Source of the DNA: a virus
Taxonomy: Duplodnaviria; Heunggongvirae; Uroviricota; Caudoviricetes
Virus record (IMG/VR): IMGVR_UViG_3300003332_000015
Span: 18,576-82,575 of that record
Length of the DNA: 64,000 bases
Direction: 5' to 3' (one strand)
Under the pieces are notes generated by a model. It was not told the DNA's origin. It worked only from the letters and a program-made list of their open reading frames with translations, and did no database searches. This document shows, one piece after another, positions 27,363-36,623 of this stretch (positions within the stretch are counted from its first letter, which is position 1; each line of letters begins with the position of its first letter). A program made the position numbers and the translations under genes.

Positions 27363-27908
27363 TTAATTAACAGGTTTCCTTAATGGATTTCTAATCTTAG
27401 CTCTTACCTCTGGAGGATGGTTAGCTCTATCTTCGACAGATAAAGCTCTCATCTCACTTCTCATATTATAAGACAATTGAGACAAAATATTATCCCATTT
27501 TTTCCATATATCAATTAAGTTACTATATAACTTTAATTCTTCTTTTATAGCAAAAACTTGTGCATTCTTATTCATATATTCAGTTTTAAAACGTACTTTA
27601 GTTTCAGCTTCTAATTCATTCTTTGATAACCATTTACTAGCTGCTAAATTATTATCATTAAACTCTCTACGTATTGAAACAAACTTTTCATTCCACCACA
27701 TTTTAAAATTTTCTTCAATAGTAAATACTTCAGCTTTCTTTCTACTATACTCAGCTGATAATGTAAACAAAATTGCACCATAATTTGCTAAACCTTCGTT
27801 TATCATCTGTGGTGTTATTACATCGTGATTTATTATCTCAGTATATTTCTTGTATTCAGTAATAATTTTATTAACATTTTGAATGTACTCTTGTAATTCT
27901 TTAGTCAT
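27363..27908 (-). CDS. UvsY-like recombination mediator (tentative)
   Basis: All-helical with KWLSKNELEAE...WKKWDNILSQLSYNMRSE pattern; class-2 promoter upstream. Confidence 0.4.
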   Translation of the reverse strand: MTKELQEYIQNVNKIITEYKKYTEIINHDVITPQMINEGLANYGAILFTLSAEYSRKKAEVFTIEENFKMWWNEKFVSIRREFNDNNLAASKWLSKNELEAETKVRFKTEYMNKNAQVFAIKEELKLYSNLIDIWKKWDNILSQLSYNMRSEMRALSVEDRANHPPEVRAKIRNPLRKPVN

Positions 27909-27925
27909 TTAAGAAACTCCTATAT

Positions 27926-27937
27926 TACTATAATAAT
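27926..27937 (-). promoter_or_regulatory. Putative class-2 (middle) promoter ATTATTATAGTA
   Basis: Upstream of the UvsY-like gene. Confidence 0.55.
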
Positions 27938-27965
27938 AATTTTTTAAACTTTTTTAAATGTTTTA

Positions 27966-28376
27966 TTAGTCTATACGTGTTTTTCCACTAAAGATTTTTT
28001 CATCCTCTAATTGTTCTTGAGTCTTAATAACTTTAGTAGGTTTTTTCTTTTTTTCTTTTTCTTCTTCATCATCTTTTGTTTTTTTAGTAATACTTTTGTT
28101 AATACCAAAAGAATCAGAACTTTGTATAGATGCTTCTATAAAATCATCAGCACTTAATTCAGATGTAATAAAGTTAGAAATATTATATTCATCACTTACT
28201 CCCATCATTTTATAAACTAAATCTTTAGTATAAGCATACTCTTTTTGTGTAAAATCTTCTAAAGTAACATCTAATTCTTCAGAAACAATAGTCTTTGCTG
28301 TTTCCCAATGTTTTGTTAATTCCTCTTCTGATTTATCTGTTTCCTTCATTAATGCTGTTATATATGGGCTTATCAT
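27966..28376 (-). CDS. Hypothetical, probably head-associated protein
   Basis: PYITALMKETDKSEEELTKHWETAK...YAYTKDLVYKMMG motif, acidic/basic tail; late operon. Confidence 0.45.
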   Translation of the reverse strand: MISPYITALMKETDKSEEELTKHWETAKTIVSEELDVTLEDFTQKEYAYTKDLVYKMMGVSDEYNISNFITSELSADDFIEASIQSSDSFGINKSITKKTKDDEEEKEKKKKPTKVIKTQEQLEDEKIFSGKTRID

Positions 28377-28377
28377 C

Positions 28378-29088
28378 TTAACTTACTCCTCTACCTAATA
28401 ATATTTCTAATTTTCCAACTATCTCATGTTCATTATAAACTTGTATCATATTAAACTCTTTATAATAAGTTTCAGGATTAAGTAATTCAATATCAGTATA
28501 TAACCCACTGCCTTCTAAATATAGTCTAAATTGTATAATAACTCTGTCTCCTGACAGTCTAAAATAATCATCAAATATTCTTAATTCAAACTGTATATAT
28601 AAAGTATGTTCGTCTATTGGATAATCATCAATTTCGTTAGTATTATATTTATGATCTGAAACTTCTATAGTATCAAATATGCCTACTTGTGATAAAATTT
28701 GATTATCTAAGTATTCCATTAATTCATTAATTTTAGTTTCAGTAAAAAATATTTGTTCTTCTTTAATTATAATTTTATTACCTATTAACCAAACATTAGA
28801 CCATACCCAAATAAAAGGATCTGTTCCATCTTTAGCTGTTTCAATCATATCTTTATATTTTTTATTACGTGATGTGGCTGGCTCTGATTCAGCGTCTTTT
28901 ACTTTTAACTTCATTAAAAATTTAGCAAAAGTTTCTTCTGTACCTCTAAAACGAATAGGTTTTTTGTTAAGTACTTTAGTACCGTCTTTTTTTTCTATAG
29001 CTAAAATACGGAATTGAGTTGGTCCCTCTATCATAATTTTTGCTTTAATTAAAAAAGGTAATTCTTCATTAACTAATATTTTTCTCAT
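28378..29088 (-). CDS. Hypothetical late protein
   Basis: Late promoter and GAGGA SD upstream; begins MRKILVNEE. Confidence 0.55.
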   Translation of the reverse strand: MRKILVNEELPFLIKAKIMIEGPTQFRILAIEKKDGTKVLNKKPIRFRGTEETFAKFLMKLKVKDAESEPATSRNKKYKDMIETAKDGTDPFIWVWSNVWLIGNKIIIKEEQIFFTETKINELMEYLDNQILSQVGIFDTIEVSDHKYNTNEIDDYPIDEHTLYIQFELRIFDDYFRLSGDRVIIQFRLYLEGSGLYTDIELLNPETYYKEFNMIQVYNEHEIVGKLEILLGRGVS

Positions 29089-29101
29089 TATTTGTTCCTC
29101 T

Positions 29102-29114
29102 ATTATATTAGTAA
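29102..29114 (-). promoter_or_regulatory. Putative late promoter
   Basis: Exact motif overlapping the upstream stop codon. Confidence 0.7.
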
Positions 29115-29336
29115 CTGTAATTCTGCGAATTGTTCAACTGTAAAATCATATTTACCAAACAATACAACAGTATTACTATCTATAAATTTGAATCTATCTA
29201 CAAATTCATAAAAATTTGAATCATCACATTCAGCATACCACTCTTTATGTGTTCTATTATAATATATAGTGTAGTGATCAAAAATGAATTTTACTTCTTC
29301 TTCAAATTCTATTTCTATATCTAAATCGTTAATCAT
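29103..29336 (-). CDS. Hypothetical protein
   Basis: Coupled ORF; its last codons (LLI*) spell the next late promoter. Confidence 0.5.
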   Translation of the reverse strand: MINDLDIEIEFEEEVKFIFDHYTIYYNRTHKEWYAECDDSNFYEFVDRFKFIDSNTVVLFGKYDFTVEQFAELQLLI

Positions 29337-30018
29337 CTTTAAGTATACCTCTTTGAAGTAAAATATCTATTAATCTAATAGTATGCTTAGGAAAAAAAGG
29401 AATAGCCCCAGGATTAGTCTCAGGACTAGGCATTACTCCACTATATTGTCTTCCAAATAAATGTCCATGTTTATGAAATGCCCAAACATCCCTAAAATAA
29501 AAATCAGCATTGATACCATTAACTTTTGAGTTATAGTCACCTACATCTAAGTACTTAGCTCTTTTACGATGTTTAGCAACTAACTCTCTATACAACTGTA
29601 GTCTTTCTTTATTAGTAGAACCTCTTCTATCAGCTCTCCTCTTCATTATTCTACGTGTTTTTTTATATATTTGTTTTATTTGACTTTGTGGTGGGGAATC
29701 TTCCCATTTCCTACCACTACCTAATCTATAAACCCAAGCTGTACTATTAACAGATAAAACATCTAACTCTAATACACTGTCATATTCATGACGATATTTT
29801 CTTTGTACTCCGCCAGTATGTTTATTATATGGATAATACTGTGGATATGATTGAGTCTCTATAATAAACTTAATTTGAGGTCTAGTTTTATCTTTAACAT
29901 TTATTATTTTTTGTTCCTTTATAATAACCTTTATTAAGACATCACGTTTCATATAATCTATTCTATTACTAAAATATTTTTGAGTTAATAACGCAACTTC
30001 TTTGATTGTGAAGGACAT
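29329..30018 (-). CDS. Hypothetical basic protein, possible degenerate SWIM-like paralog of 24385..25356
   Basis: NADFYF...PSPETNP...FPKH C-terminal pattern. Confidence 0.35.
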   Translation of the reverse strand: MSFTIKEVALLTQKYFSNRIDYMKRDVLIKVIIKEQKIINVKDKTRPQIKFIIETQSYPQYYPYNKHTGGVQRKYRHEYDSVLELDVLSVNSTAWVYRLGSGRKWEDSPPQSQIKQIYKKTRRIMKRRADRRGSTNKERLQLYRELVAKHRKRAKYLDVGDYNSKVNGINADFYFRDVWAFHKHGHLFGRQYSGVMPSPETNPGAIPFFPKHTIRLIDILLQRGILKDD

Positions 30019-31092
30019 TTAAACTACCTCTGTCTTTATTAAATTTATTTCTTTACAGTAAGTACTAATATCGTTTTCTCTAATACGAATAAATTTAAAT
30101 TGTGGTAAAAATTGTTCAATTCTATTTTGTCTAATAATATCTTTTTCTTTTAGTTTATCTTGTTTAAAATGTCCTTCTTCATCCCATTCGATAATTAATT
30201 TTTTATCAAAATTAATATAGTCTGGCCAATAACCTAATTCTTCAATTAAGTATTCACCATTTCCATATACAGCATATCTACCTTTAGTATTTAAAATCTT
30301 ATCTAGTAATTGAAAAAATTCACAAGCTTTTTTATTGTATGCTGGAAATCCAATTTGATAGTTATTCTTAATTTCTTTAGCTCTTTGTATAGTAGCAATT
30401 CTACTTAAATATTCTTTTTGTTCTTTACTTCTTATTTTATTAGTATTTCCTTCACTAATTTTATTGGAAGTTTCCAATGCTTTTTCTTTACCATACCTAT
30501 CTATATAATTTTTATTTCTGAATTCCTGCCATTCTTCATAATAAACTTTATTGTTATTCTGCATAATTTTAGCAGCTTTTTCTTTACGTTTATATAATGT
30601 ATCTATACTACCTTTCCAAGTAACTCCTTTTTTAGATTGTGAAAGAGTTACTTTCATTTTTTCCGCTTTATTAACACCATATCTTTCTTCCCAAGTTTTA
30701 CCTTTATATTTTTTACTTATAATAGATTTACTTACTTTAACTTTAGACTCTTTTGAATTCTTTCTACCTTTCCCTCTAATAGAATTATGTTGTTTTTTAC
30801 ATGAGTTTAAAAAACAAGTTTTACTATACCCATACTTCATTGTTTTATATTGTAGTTTATTTGTATCACAAATAGGGCAGTATAATTGAATTTCTATATC
30901 ATTTAATATACAATAAATTCTTTCAAATAAAGAGGAATCGTCACTTAAAAAAGATGTATAAAAATACAAACTATTTTTAATTTCTAATCTATTATATATA
31001 AATTCTTTTAAATTACCTTTAAGTCGCCCTTTTATATCATAAGCATTATTAGTAATCCAAGTATATAATTGTTTTTTACTATAATTAATCAT
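30019..31092 (-). CDS. Putative homing endonuclease, paralog of 12323..13264
   Basis: ERIYCILND...CPIC...KTC; YWPDYIN..LIIEWDEEGHF...KDIIRQ...FIRIRE. Confidence 0.7.
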   Translation of the reverse strand: MINYSKKQLYTWITNNAYDIKGRLKGNLKEFIYNRLEIKNSLYFYTSFLSDDSSLFERIYCILNDIEIQLYCPICDTNKLQYKTMKYGYSKTCFLNSCKKQHNSIRGKGRKNSKESKVKVSKSIISKKYKGKTWEERYGVNKAEKMKVTLSQSKKGVTWKGSIDTLYKRKEKAAKIMQNNNKVYYEEWQEFRNKNYIDRYGKEKALETSNKISEGNTNKIRSKEQKEYLSRIATIQRAKEIKNNYQIGFPAYNKKACEFFQLLDKILNTKGRYAVYGNGEYLIEELGYWPDYINFDKKLIIEWDEEGHFKQDKLKEKDIIRQNRIEQFLPQFKFIRIRENDISTYCKEINLIKTEVV

Positions 31093-31826
31093 TATTTCCT
31101 TACTATACTAATTTTAGGATACTTAGCCCATTTTTCTGTAACTCTTTTGTAAAGTTCATCTGCTCTATCAATAAAAGCATCACCATTAACTTCATCAGGC
31201 ATATTAGTATTCATTTGATTTCTTAAATCTCCAAAATATTGTAATATGTAAGATTGAGCTAATTGAATAACATCCTCTTGAAATCTATAATCTACATTAG
31301 CCCAGTCTTCACTATACTTTGCCCATGTTACACTTATAGTTCCCATTGTATTTGTATACCCTGTTATCTTTCTATTAGGATAATCAATTATCTTTTTAAA
31401 TGCTTGATAAGTAGCTTTATTAGAACCTTGATAAGAACGTTCATCATACAGTGCTTGTGTCATACCATAATCGTTTTCTGTACCCCAAACACCAAGACTT
31501 CCTGTTCCACCACCTTGCTTAATATTAATTTCATTTATAAGAGGATTACCACTTTTTTGTGCTGTTGAAAAAGCTGCTGTATTTAAGCTAACATTAAGTA
31601 CTCCCCAAGTATCATCATCAGGAAATGGAATATCAAAAGTAGTAGTAACTTGATAAGAAGAAAACTCTTTTAATGGAAATCTTTTAAAGTATATATCTTT
31701 AATCGCTGGTAAAATAAATAATTCCTTTATATCAGTAGATGTAACTTTAAAATCAGCCTCTGTTAAGACAGGGTAACCGATACATGTCATTATTCTTCTG
31801 TATATAGTATCTGGTAATGTTAACAT
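31092..31826 (-). CDS. Probable neck/head-tail adaptor (gp13-like)
   Basis: RRIMTCIGYPV N-terminus and VIQLAQSYILQYFGDLR...VNGDAFIDRA C-terminus, as in T4-like neck proteins. Confidence 0.55.
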   Translation of the reverse strand: MLTLPDTIYRRIMTCIGYPVLTEADFKVTSTDIKELFILPAIKDIYFKRFPLKEFSSYQVTTTFDIPFPDDDTWGVLNVSLNTAAFSTAQKSGNPLINEINIKQGGGTGSLGVWGTENDYGMTQALYDERSYQGSNKATYQAFKKIIDYPNRKITGYTNTMGTISVTWAKYSEDWANVDYRFQEDVIQLAQSYILQYFGDLRNQMNTNMPDEVNGDAFIDRADELYKRVTEKWAKYPKISIVRK

Positions 31827-31850
31827 TATTATAGTCCTTTCACTTAGTAT

Positions 31851-31863
31851 ATTATATTAGTAA
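31851..31863 (-). promoter_or_regulatory. Putative late promoter
   Basis: Exact motif upstream of the neck gene. Confidence 0.7.
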
Positions 31864-32622
31864 TTAAAATAACTTTCTTAGGGGTTTATAACTATGTATT
31901 CTATGATTTGCAATATTAAAATATTTTTTATTGTCATCAATTCCAATAAAATTTCTATTTAAATATTTACAAGCTACTCCAGTAGTCCCTGATCCCATTG
32001 TAAAATCTAGTACAGTATCTCCTTCATTTGTATAAGTCTTAATTAGAAATTTCATAAGTTTTTCAGGCTTTTGAGTAGTGTGTAAATTCATACCTTTTTT
32101 TAAAGTATCTCTTGATATTTTTAATACTTGTGTAGGATATCTAAAACCATTATCATTATACTCATAAACTTTTTTAGTATTACTATCAACAAGTCCTCCT
32201 AATTTACCTTTAAGAACTTTATTTGTAATTTTTCCATGTTGTCTTGGTTGCATCTGTGGATTATAAGTACATTGTTTATTATAGAATATACAAACTTCTT
32301 CTACTGTTTTACCTGCTCTTCTTTTAGCTTGTAATACATTTGTTAATCTTTCTTTTTCCCAATACCAATTATACTTAAATTCTTTTAAATTTGAACAGAT
32401 CAAAACACTTGTAAAAGGTTGTCCTGCTATTAAGACAATAGCTCCATCAGGTTTAACTAATTTATGTAGTCTTTTCCACATTTTATCTAAAGGGATTACT
32501 TCGTCCCAAGGGCAAGCTGTTGTACCATAAGGAGGATCACAAATAATAGCATCAACTATAATACCTTCTTTTATTAATTTATCCATTTCTTGAAGAGCTT
32601 CACCATTTATAAGTTTAATCAC
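31864..32622 (-). CDS. DNA methyltransferase, N6-adenine/N4-cytosine beta class
   Basis: DPPY motif IV, HTTQKP, VLDFTMGSGTTG motif I; likely GTG start at 32622. Confidence 0.92.
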   Translation of the reverse strand: MIKLINGEALQEMDKLIKEGIIVDAIICDPPYGTTACPWDEVIPLDKMWKRLHKLVKPDGAIVLIAGQPFTSVLICSNLKEFKYNWYWEKERLTNVLQAKRRAGKTVEEVCIFYNKQCTYNPQMQPRQHGKITNKVLKGKLGGLVDSNTKKVYEYNDNGFRYPTQVLKISRDTLKKGMNLHTTQKPEKLMKFLIKTYTNEGDTVLDFTMGSGTTGVACKYLNRNFIGIDDNKKYFNIANHRIHSYKPLRKLF

Positions 32623-32842
32623 CCTTATCCGCCAAATAGAATACAACTGACATTAGTGCAAATGAAGCACCTACTGACCTCATAAGTCCTACACTCATTC
32701 CATCTATTTTTTTAAAAATAGTTATTGCTTCTAAGAATATAGAAATATCCCAATTTAGAAAACTAAAAAATAGACCAAAAATAGCACAATACATAAAATA
32801 ATTAACTACAAATATAAAAAATACACTTATTATTTTAAACAA
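32615..32842 (-). CDS. Small membrane protein
   Basis: Two hydrophobic segments; overlaps the MTase start. Confidence 0.45.
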   Translation of the reverse strand: MFKIISVFFIFVVNYFMYCAIFGLFFSFLNWDISIFLEAITIFKKIDGMSVGLMRSVGASFALMSVVFYLADKGD

Positions 32843-32856
32843 TTAATTTATCTCCT

Positions 32857-33834
32857 TTATAAATTTACCCTTTTTCTTTTCTTATGTATTAGTGGGGGAG
32901 TAAATAAAGGTTCTGATTGCTGTGATATATTCACGTTCTCCTCAATCGAAACATCAGTACCTAATCTTTTAGACATTGTATTAGCTATAGTTTTTTTTAT
33001 TTGTTTTACTTGTTTAGACTTTTTAACTGGTTTTCTTTTTTTAACAGGTTGTATTTTCTTTTCAATAGTGAGTAATTTTTTAGGAATAACTTTTGGTTTC
33101 GATTCAATAGCTATATTTCCTGCAACCATTAAAAGTACAGCAAAAGGGTCAAATACGATAACAAGTAATATAATTAGTAGTCTTGCTGAATTATCATAAT
33201 TAGTTTCAGCATTGTCTTCACCATACATTAAAATTGCTATATATTTTATAGGTCCAACATTTGCTTCAAAAGAATTAATTTCATTTACTAATTGTAGTTT
33301 ATCGTTTTCATAAATTTCTATTAAATCCTCTGATTCATTTATTTCATTCTTTAATAATAATCTTTCTTCTAACTGTTCGGCTCTTTGTTCAAGTCCTTTT
33401 GTTACTACACCTAGTTCAATATATTTGTTAATAGACTCATCCAATAGTATAATAGTATTGTTAGCTTGTTCTATACGTTTAATTTCTCTTTGTATGGATA
33501 AGTCAATACGTTCTATTTTATTTTCAATTGTTATTATTGGAGTATCTTGAGCTATGTAAGCTTTCGCTAAATAACCATAAATTCCAATAGATGATATTAA
33601 AATAAGGATAGTTACAGCAAATAGTAAATAACCTTTTAAAAGTTTTGAACTTTTTTTCCAAAATTGGTATAACCATAGAGTTGATACTATCTTAGCAAAC
33701 TCCATTGAGGAACCCATAATGGTAGCTCCTAAAATTGCACCTGAAAATATTGTTCTAATTCCTGCAATAGAAAAAACTGCTGATATAATTGATAGTACAA
33801 CAGCTGCTATAATTGATAATATTCCTATAAACAT
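32857..33834 (-). CDS. Multi-pass membrane protein with long coiled coil
   Basis: Three N-terminal TM helices, a coiled coil and a C-terminal TM (LLIILLVIVFDPFAVLL). Confidence 0.7.
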   Translation of the reverse strand: MFIGILSIIAAVVLSIISAVFSIAGIRTIFSGAILGATIMGSSMEFAKIVSTLWLYQFWKKSSKLLKGYLLFAVTILILISSIGIYGYLAKAYIAQDTPIITIENKIERIDLSIQREIKRIEQANNTIILLDESINKYIELGVVTKGLEQRAEQLEERLLLKNEINESEDLIEIYENDKLQLVNEINSFEANVGPIKYIAILMYGEDNAETNYDNSARLLIILLVIVFDPFAVLLMVAGNIAIESKPKVIPKKLLTIEKKIQPVKKRKPVKKSKQVKQIKKTIANTMSKRLGTDVSIEENVNISQQSEPLFTPPLIHKKRKRVNL

Positions 33835-33847
33835 TGAGACTCCTTTA

Positions 33848-33859
33848 TACTATAATAAT
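33848..33859 (-). promoter_or_regulatory. Putative class-2 promoter ATTATTATAGTA
   Basis: Upstream of the membrane protein/MTase operon. Confidence 0.55.
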
Positions 33860-33891
33860 ATTTTAGTGTCATTTTTTTAATAAAATATCAT

Positions 33892-33922
33892 AAAAAAACC
33901 CTCCTCAAACTGAGGAAGGTTT
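33892..33922 (-). terminator. Intrinsic terminator after the major capsid gene
   Basis: AAACC-TTCCTCA/TGAGGAG-GGTTT stem followed by a T run on the minus strand. Confidence 0.75.
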
Positions 33923-33944
33923 ATATTAAAATACGAAATGATTT

Positions 33945-35354
33945 TTAAAGGTTATTTAATTTCATTCTTACAAGATAATTAGAATTAAGTACTTTTGAAT
34001 CACCGAAGTGGAAAAGACCCTTTTCTGAATATCCTCTAGCATACTCTAAAGTTGTTGATTCATAAAGTGGAATCAATGAACCGAATAGAATAGCCATATC
34101 AGCTGATTCGTTTGGATTTCTCCAGATACCTAACATCTCATCAGCAGGAATAATACTTGTTGGTGCCTGATATACAGGTTTTCCTAAGAAAGTACCAATT
34201 CTATAAATTCCAATTTCTGGTTGTAATCCAGTTGCATCGAACTTATCATGTAATGTTAAGTATGAACAAGCATCTACACCAGCAACAATAACATTTACTC
34301 CACCTCTTTGAACTGCATTGTAAATAGTTTTACCAGCAGCAGCAATAGTACGAGTAAGTGACTGTGCGTGAGCGATTTCACTATCAGCACCAGCAGCAGC
34401 AAAGTCTGCATTAAAAGTAACAAGTGCATTCTTTAAAGAATGTCTATAAGCCATTTTAACAGCAGCGAAATCTAATGATTTCTTTAACTCGTCAGCAGCT
34501 CCAGCAACAAGTGAACTTTCTACATCTATGTCTAAAGTTGTTCCAAGTAATAACTCAGTCATCTTTGTCCATGAAACATAAAGTGGGTGTGGTTTAGCTC
34601 TTAACTGATAATCTCTTAACTGTAGTTCAACAGACTGAATTTCTCCAGTAGTTGCTTCAGAATCAAAATTGTAAGCCATTAATACTACGTCACCACCACC
34701 TATAGCGGGATTAAAAGTAATCTGTGTTACACCAGTATCATAATTAACTGATCCAGCTGAAAGTAATGTACCTACGATATTCCCAGCACCATCATCAACA
34801 GCAACTGGTTCTTCGTTTACAAAGATTTTAACTGAAAATGGTCTAAGAGGAGCATTTGCTACTGTTAAATCATAAACTGTTTGTGCGCCAGCATCTGTCA
34901 TTTCTTCTTCTTCAACTTCTGATGAGTATCTATAAGAAGGACTTTCGTGTGTTACTGTATCTATTGTAGCACCTCTTTTAGAAGCTGAGTAAACAGGACT
35001 TAAATAGTAAACGCTATCTCTAGCTGTTACCATTGGATAATCACTGAATATTTCACCTCTAACACTATTAGGATAACCTAATCTTACAATTCTTAATACA
35101 TTTTCAGGTGTTGTCTGAAAAGCATTTGAAATCTGTGTTTCTGTTAGTGCTTGTAAATGTTGTGCTTGATTCTCTAGAACAATAGCAGCACCTATAGCTT
35201 TGTTCTCATCTTTATCTCTAAGTTCTTTTAGACCTTCACCTACGCCTTTTTCTTTAGACCAAATCTCAAAGAGTTCGTTTCCTCTTTGTTTTCTTTCTGA
35301 AAGTAACTCAGCTCTTTCTTCAAGAACTACTTTCTCTTCCATTTTTTTACGCAT
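33945..35354 (-). CDS. Major capsid protein (T4 gp23-like HK97 fold)
   Basis: AIVLENQ...LRIVRLGYPNS...YPM...VYYL; IQSVELQL...LRAKPHPLYVSWT...; start refined to ATG 35354 (AGGAG SD). Confidence 0.92.
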   Translation of the reverse strand: MRKKMEEKVVLEERAELLSERKQRGNELFEIWSKEKGVGEGLKELRDKDENKAIGAAIVLENQAQHLQALTETQISNAFQTTPENVLRIVRLGYPNSVRGEIFSDYPMVTARDSVYYLSPVYSASKRGATIDTVTHESPSYRYSSEVEEEEMTDAGAQTVYDLTVANAPLRPFSVKIFVNEEPVAVDDGAGNIVGTLLSAGSVNYDTGVTQITFNPAIGGGDVVLMAYNFDSEATTGEIQSVELQLRDYQLRAKPHPLYVSWTKMTELLLGTTLDIDVESSLVAGAADELKKSLDFAAVKMAYRHSLKNALVTFNADFAAAGADSEIAHAQSLTRTIAAAGKTIYNAVQRGGVNVIVAGVDACSYLTLHDKFDATGLQPEIGIYRIGTFLGKPVYQAPTSIIPADEMLGIWRNPNESADMAILFGSLIPLYESTTLEYARGYSEKGLFHFGDSKVLNSNYLVRMKLNNL

Positions 35355-35495
35355 TATTACACTCCTAAATGCTTTATAAAATTTATGTTTTTTTATAAGA
35401 GTGTGGTGAATTTCAACTTTCCACAATTCTTTTTTTTTCTATATACTTTTTAATATCTTATTTATAAAATATTACGCTTTTTTCATTTTATTTAT

Positions 35496-35508
35496 ATTGT
35501 ATTAGTAA
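35496..35508 (-). promoter_or_regulatory. Putative late promoter of major capsid gene
   Basis: TTACTAATACAAT variant about 140 nt upstream of ATG 35354. Confidence 0.6.
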
Positions 35509-35527
35509 CTGTTTAAAAAAAGGTTAC

Positions 35528-35818
35528 TTACATCATACTTGTATCAGCAAAAATATCATATGGCTCAATATCATTAAGTATATTCTTATAAGTTTCAACT
35601 ATTTGAATTAAATTTTGTTCAGTATTATCAAAACCTCTAGGTCCTTCAAACCATTGAATTATAGATTGAGTTATATTATCAAACTCAGTATCATATACTT
35701 TTCCAGTATCTACTCTACCTGACTCAATTATTAAAGCAATTCGATCACCTGCTTCTAATACTGTTTCACCAACTGTCACTTCTTCTTTTATTTTAATTAA
35801 ATTTTTGTTATTTTTCAT
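35528..35818 (-). CDS. Small late protein with N-terminal VLEAGDRI module
   Basis: LIKIKEEVTVGETVLEAGDRIALIIE. Confidence 0.65.
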   Translation of the reverse strand: MKNNKNLIKIKEEVTVGETVLEAGDRIALIIESGRVDTGKVYDTEFDNITQSIIQWFEGPRGFDNTEQNLIQIVETYKNILNDIEPYDIFADTSMM

Positions 35819-35830
35819 TATATTTCCTTT

Positions 35831-36241
35831 TTATATAAAAGAGAGTTGTTTAGCTTTAACTGCAAAATAGAAATACATACCTGAAGATGTAAGAACAATT
35901 ACATCATCATTAACTTCATCATACTGTTCAATTTGATCTATATCATTCCAAGCTATACCAACTTCAAATGATTTTGTTCCATAATAAAAATGTCCCATAT
36001 TTTTAGTTTCATACCAATCAATTTTGAATGGTTTATCAAACTTAATATAAGTACCTTTACCACTTCCTATATTATATTCAGTAGCTCCAACAGTATACTT
36101 TTCTATCACAGATTTAAAAGTTTCAATATCCATAGGTTTTAACTGTTCATTAATTAAACGTATTTTATCACCTTTTTCAAGAATAATATCACCTACTTTA
36201 ACTTCACTTTTAATTTCTATTAATTCGTTTTTCTTTCTCAT
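35831..36241 (-). CDS. Small late protein with N-terminal ILEKGDKI module
   Basis: LIEIKSEVKVGDIILEKGDKIRLINE; start refined to ATG 36241 (AAGGA SD). Confidence 0.65.
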   Translation of the reverse strand: MRKKNELIEIKSEVKVGDIILEKGDKIRLINEQLKPMDIETFKSVIEKYTVGATEYNIGSGKGTYIKFDKPFKIDWYETKNMGHFYYGTKSFEVGIAWNDIDQIEQYDEVNDDVIVLTSSGMYFYFAVKAKQLSFI

Positions 36242-36268
36242 TATAGTTCCTTTAAATATGAGCATACT

Positions 36269-36297
36269 AAAACTCTTTTGTCTTAAGACAAAAGAGT
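36269..36297 (-). terminator. Palindromic hairpin / terminator
   Basis: ACTCTTTTGTC-TTAA-GACAAAAGAGT perfect inverted repeat followed by TTT on the minus strand. Confidence 0.65.
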
Positions 36298-36320
36298 AAA
36301 AGTCTACTAATATTCTTTAT

Positions 36321-36599
36321 TTACGCTGAAGCTCTATTAGCTACAATAACAATTACATCATCAACTGCGATAACATAAGTAGTGTCTTCAGTAATAGTTA
36401 CTTTCCCAGCCGCTGGGAAAGTAATTACTGCGTCTCCAGTTACATCAACACCAGCTCTTAAAATCTGTACAACAGCAGCAAGGTCGTAATCAACTTGAAA
36501 GTCAATTGTAATTGCCCCATCTGTATCATCTTGTGCAACGGCAACATACTTGTAGCCGAATGAAACTCCGTTTGTAGGGCGAGTTTGAATTACACTCAT
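36321..36599 (-). CDS. Probable capsid decoration protein
   Basis: Small beta-rich Ala/Val/Thr/Asp protein in the head operon with a strong AAGGAG SD. Confidence 0.5.
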   Translation of the reverse strand: MSVIQTRPTNGVSFGYKYVAVAQDDTDGAITIDFQVDYDLAAVVQILRAGVDVTGDAVITFPAAGKVTITEDTTYVIAVDDVIVIVANRASA

Positions 36600-36623
36600 T
36601 GTATTTCTCCTTTAAATTCTAAA

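Noticed and set aside
8868-31092. Group I introns or inteins hosting the endonucleases
   Set aside because: Flanking genes look complete with their own starts and stops; no interrupted host ORF, intron core or intein motif was seen.
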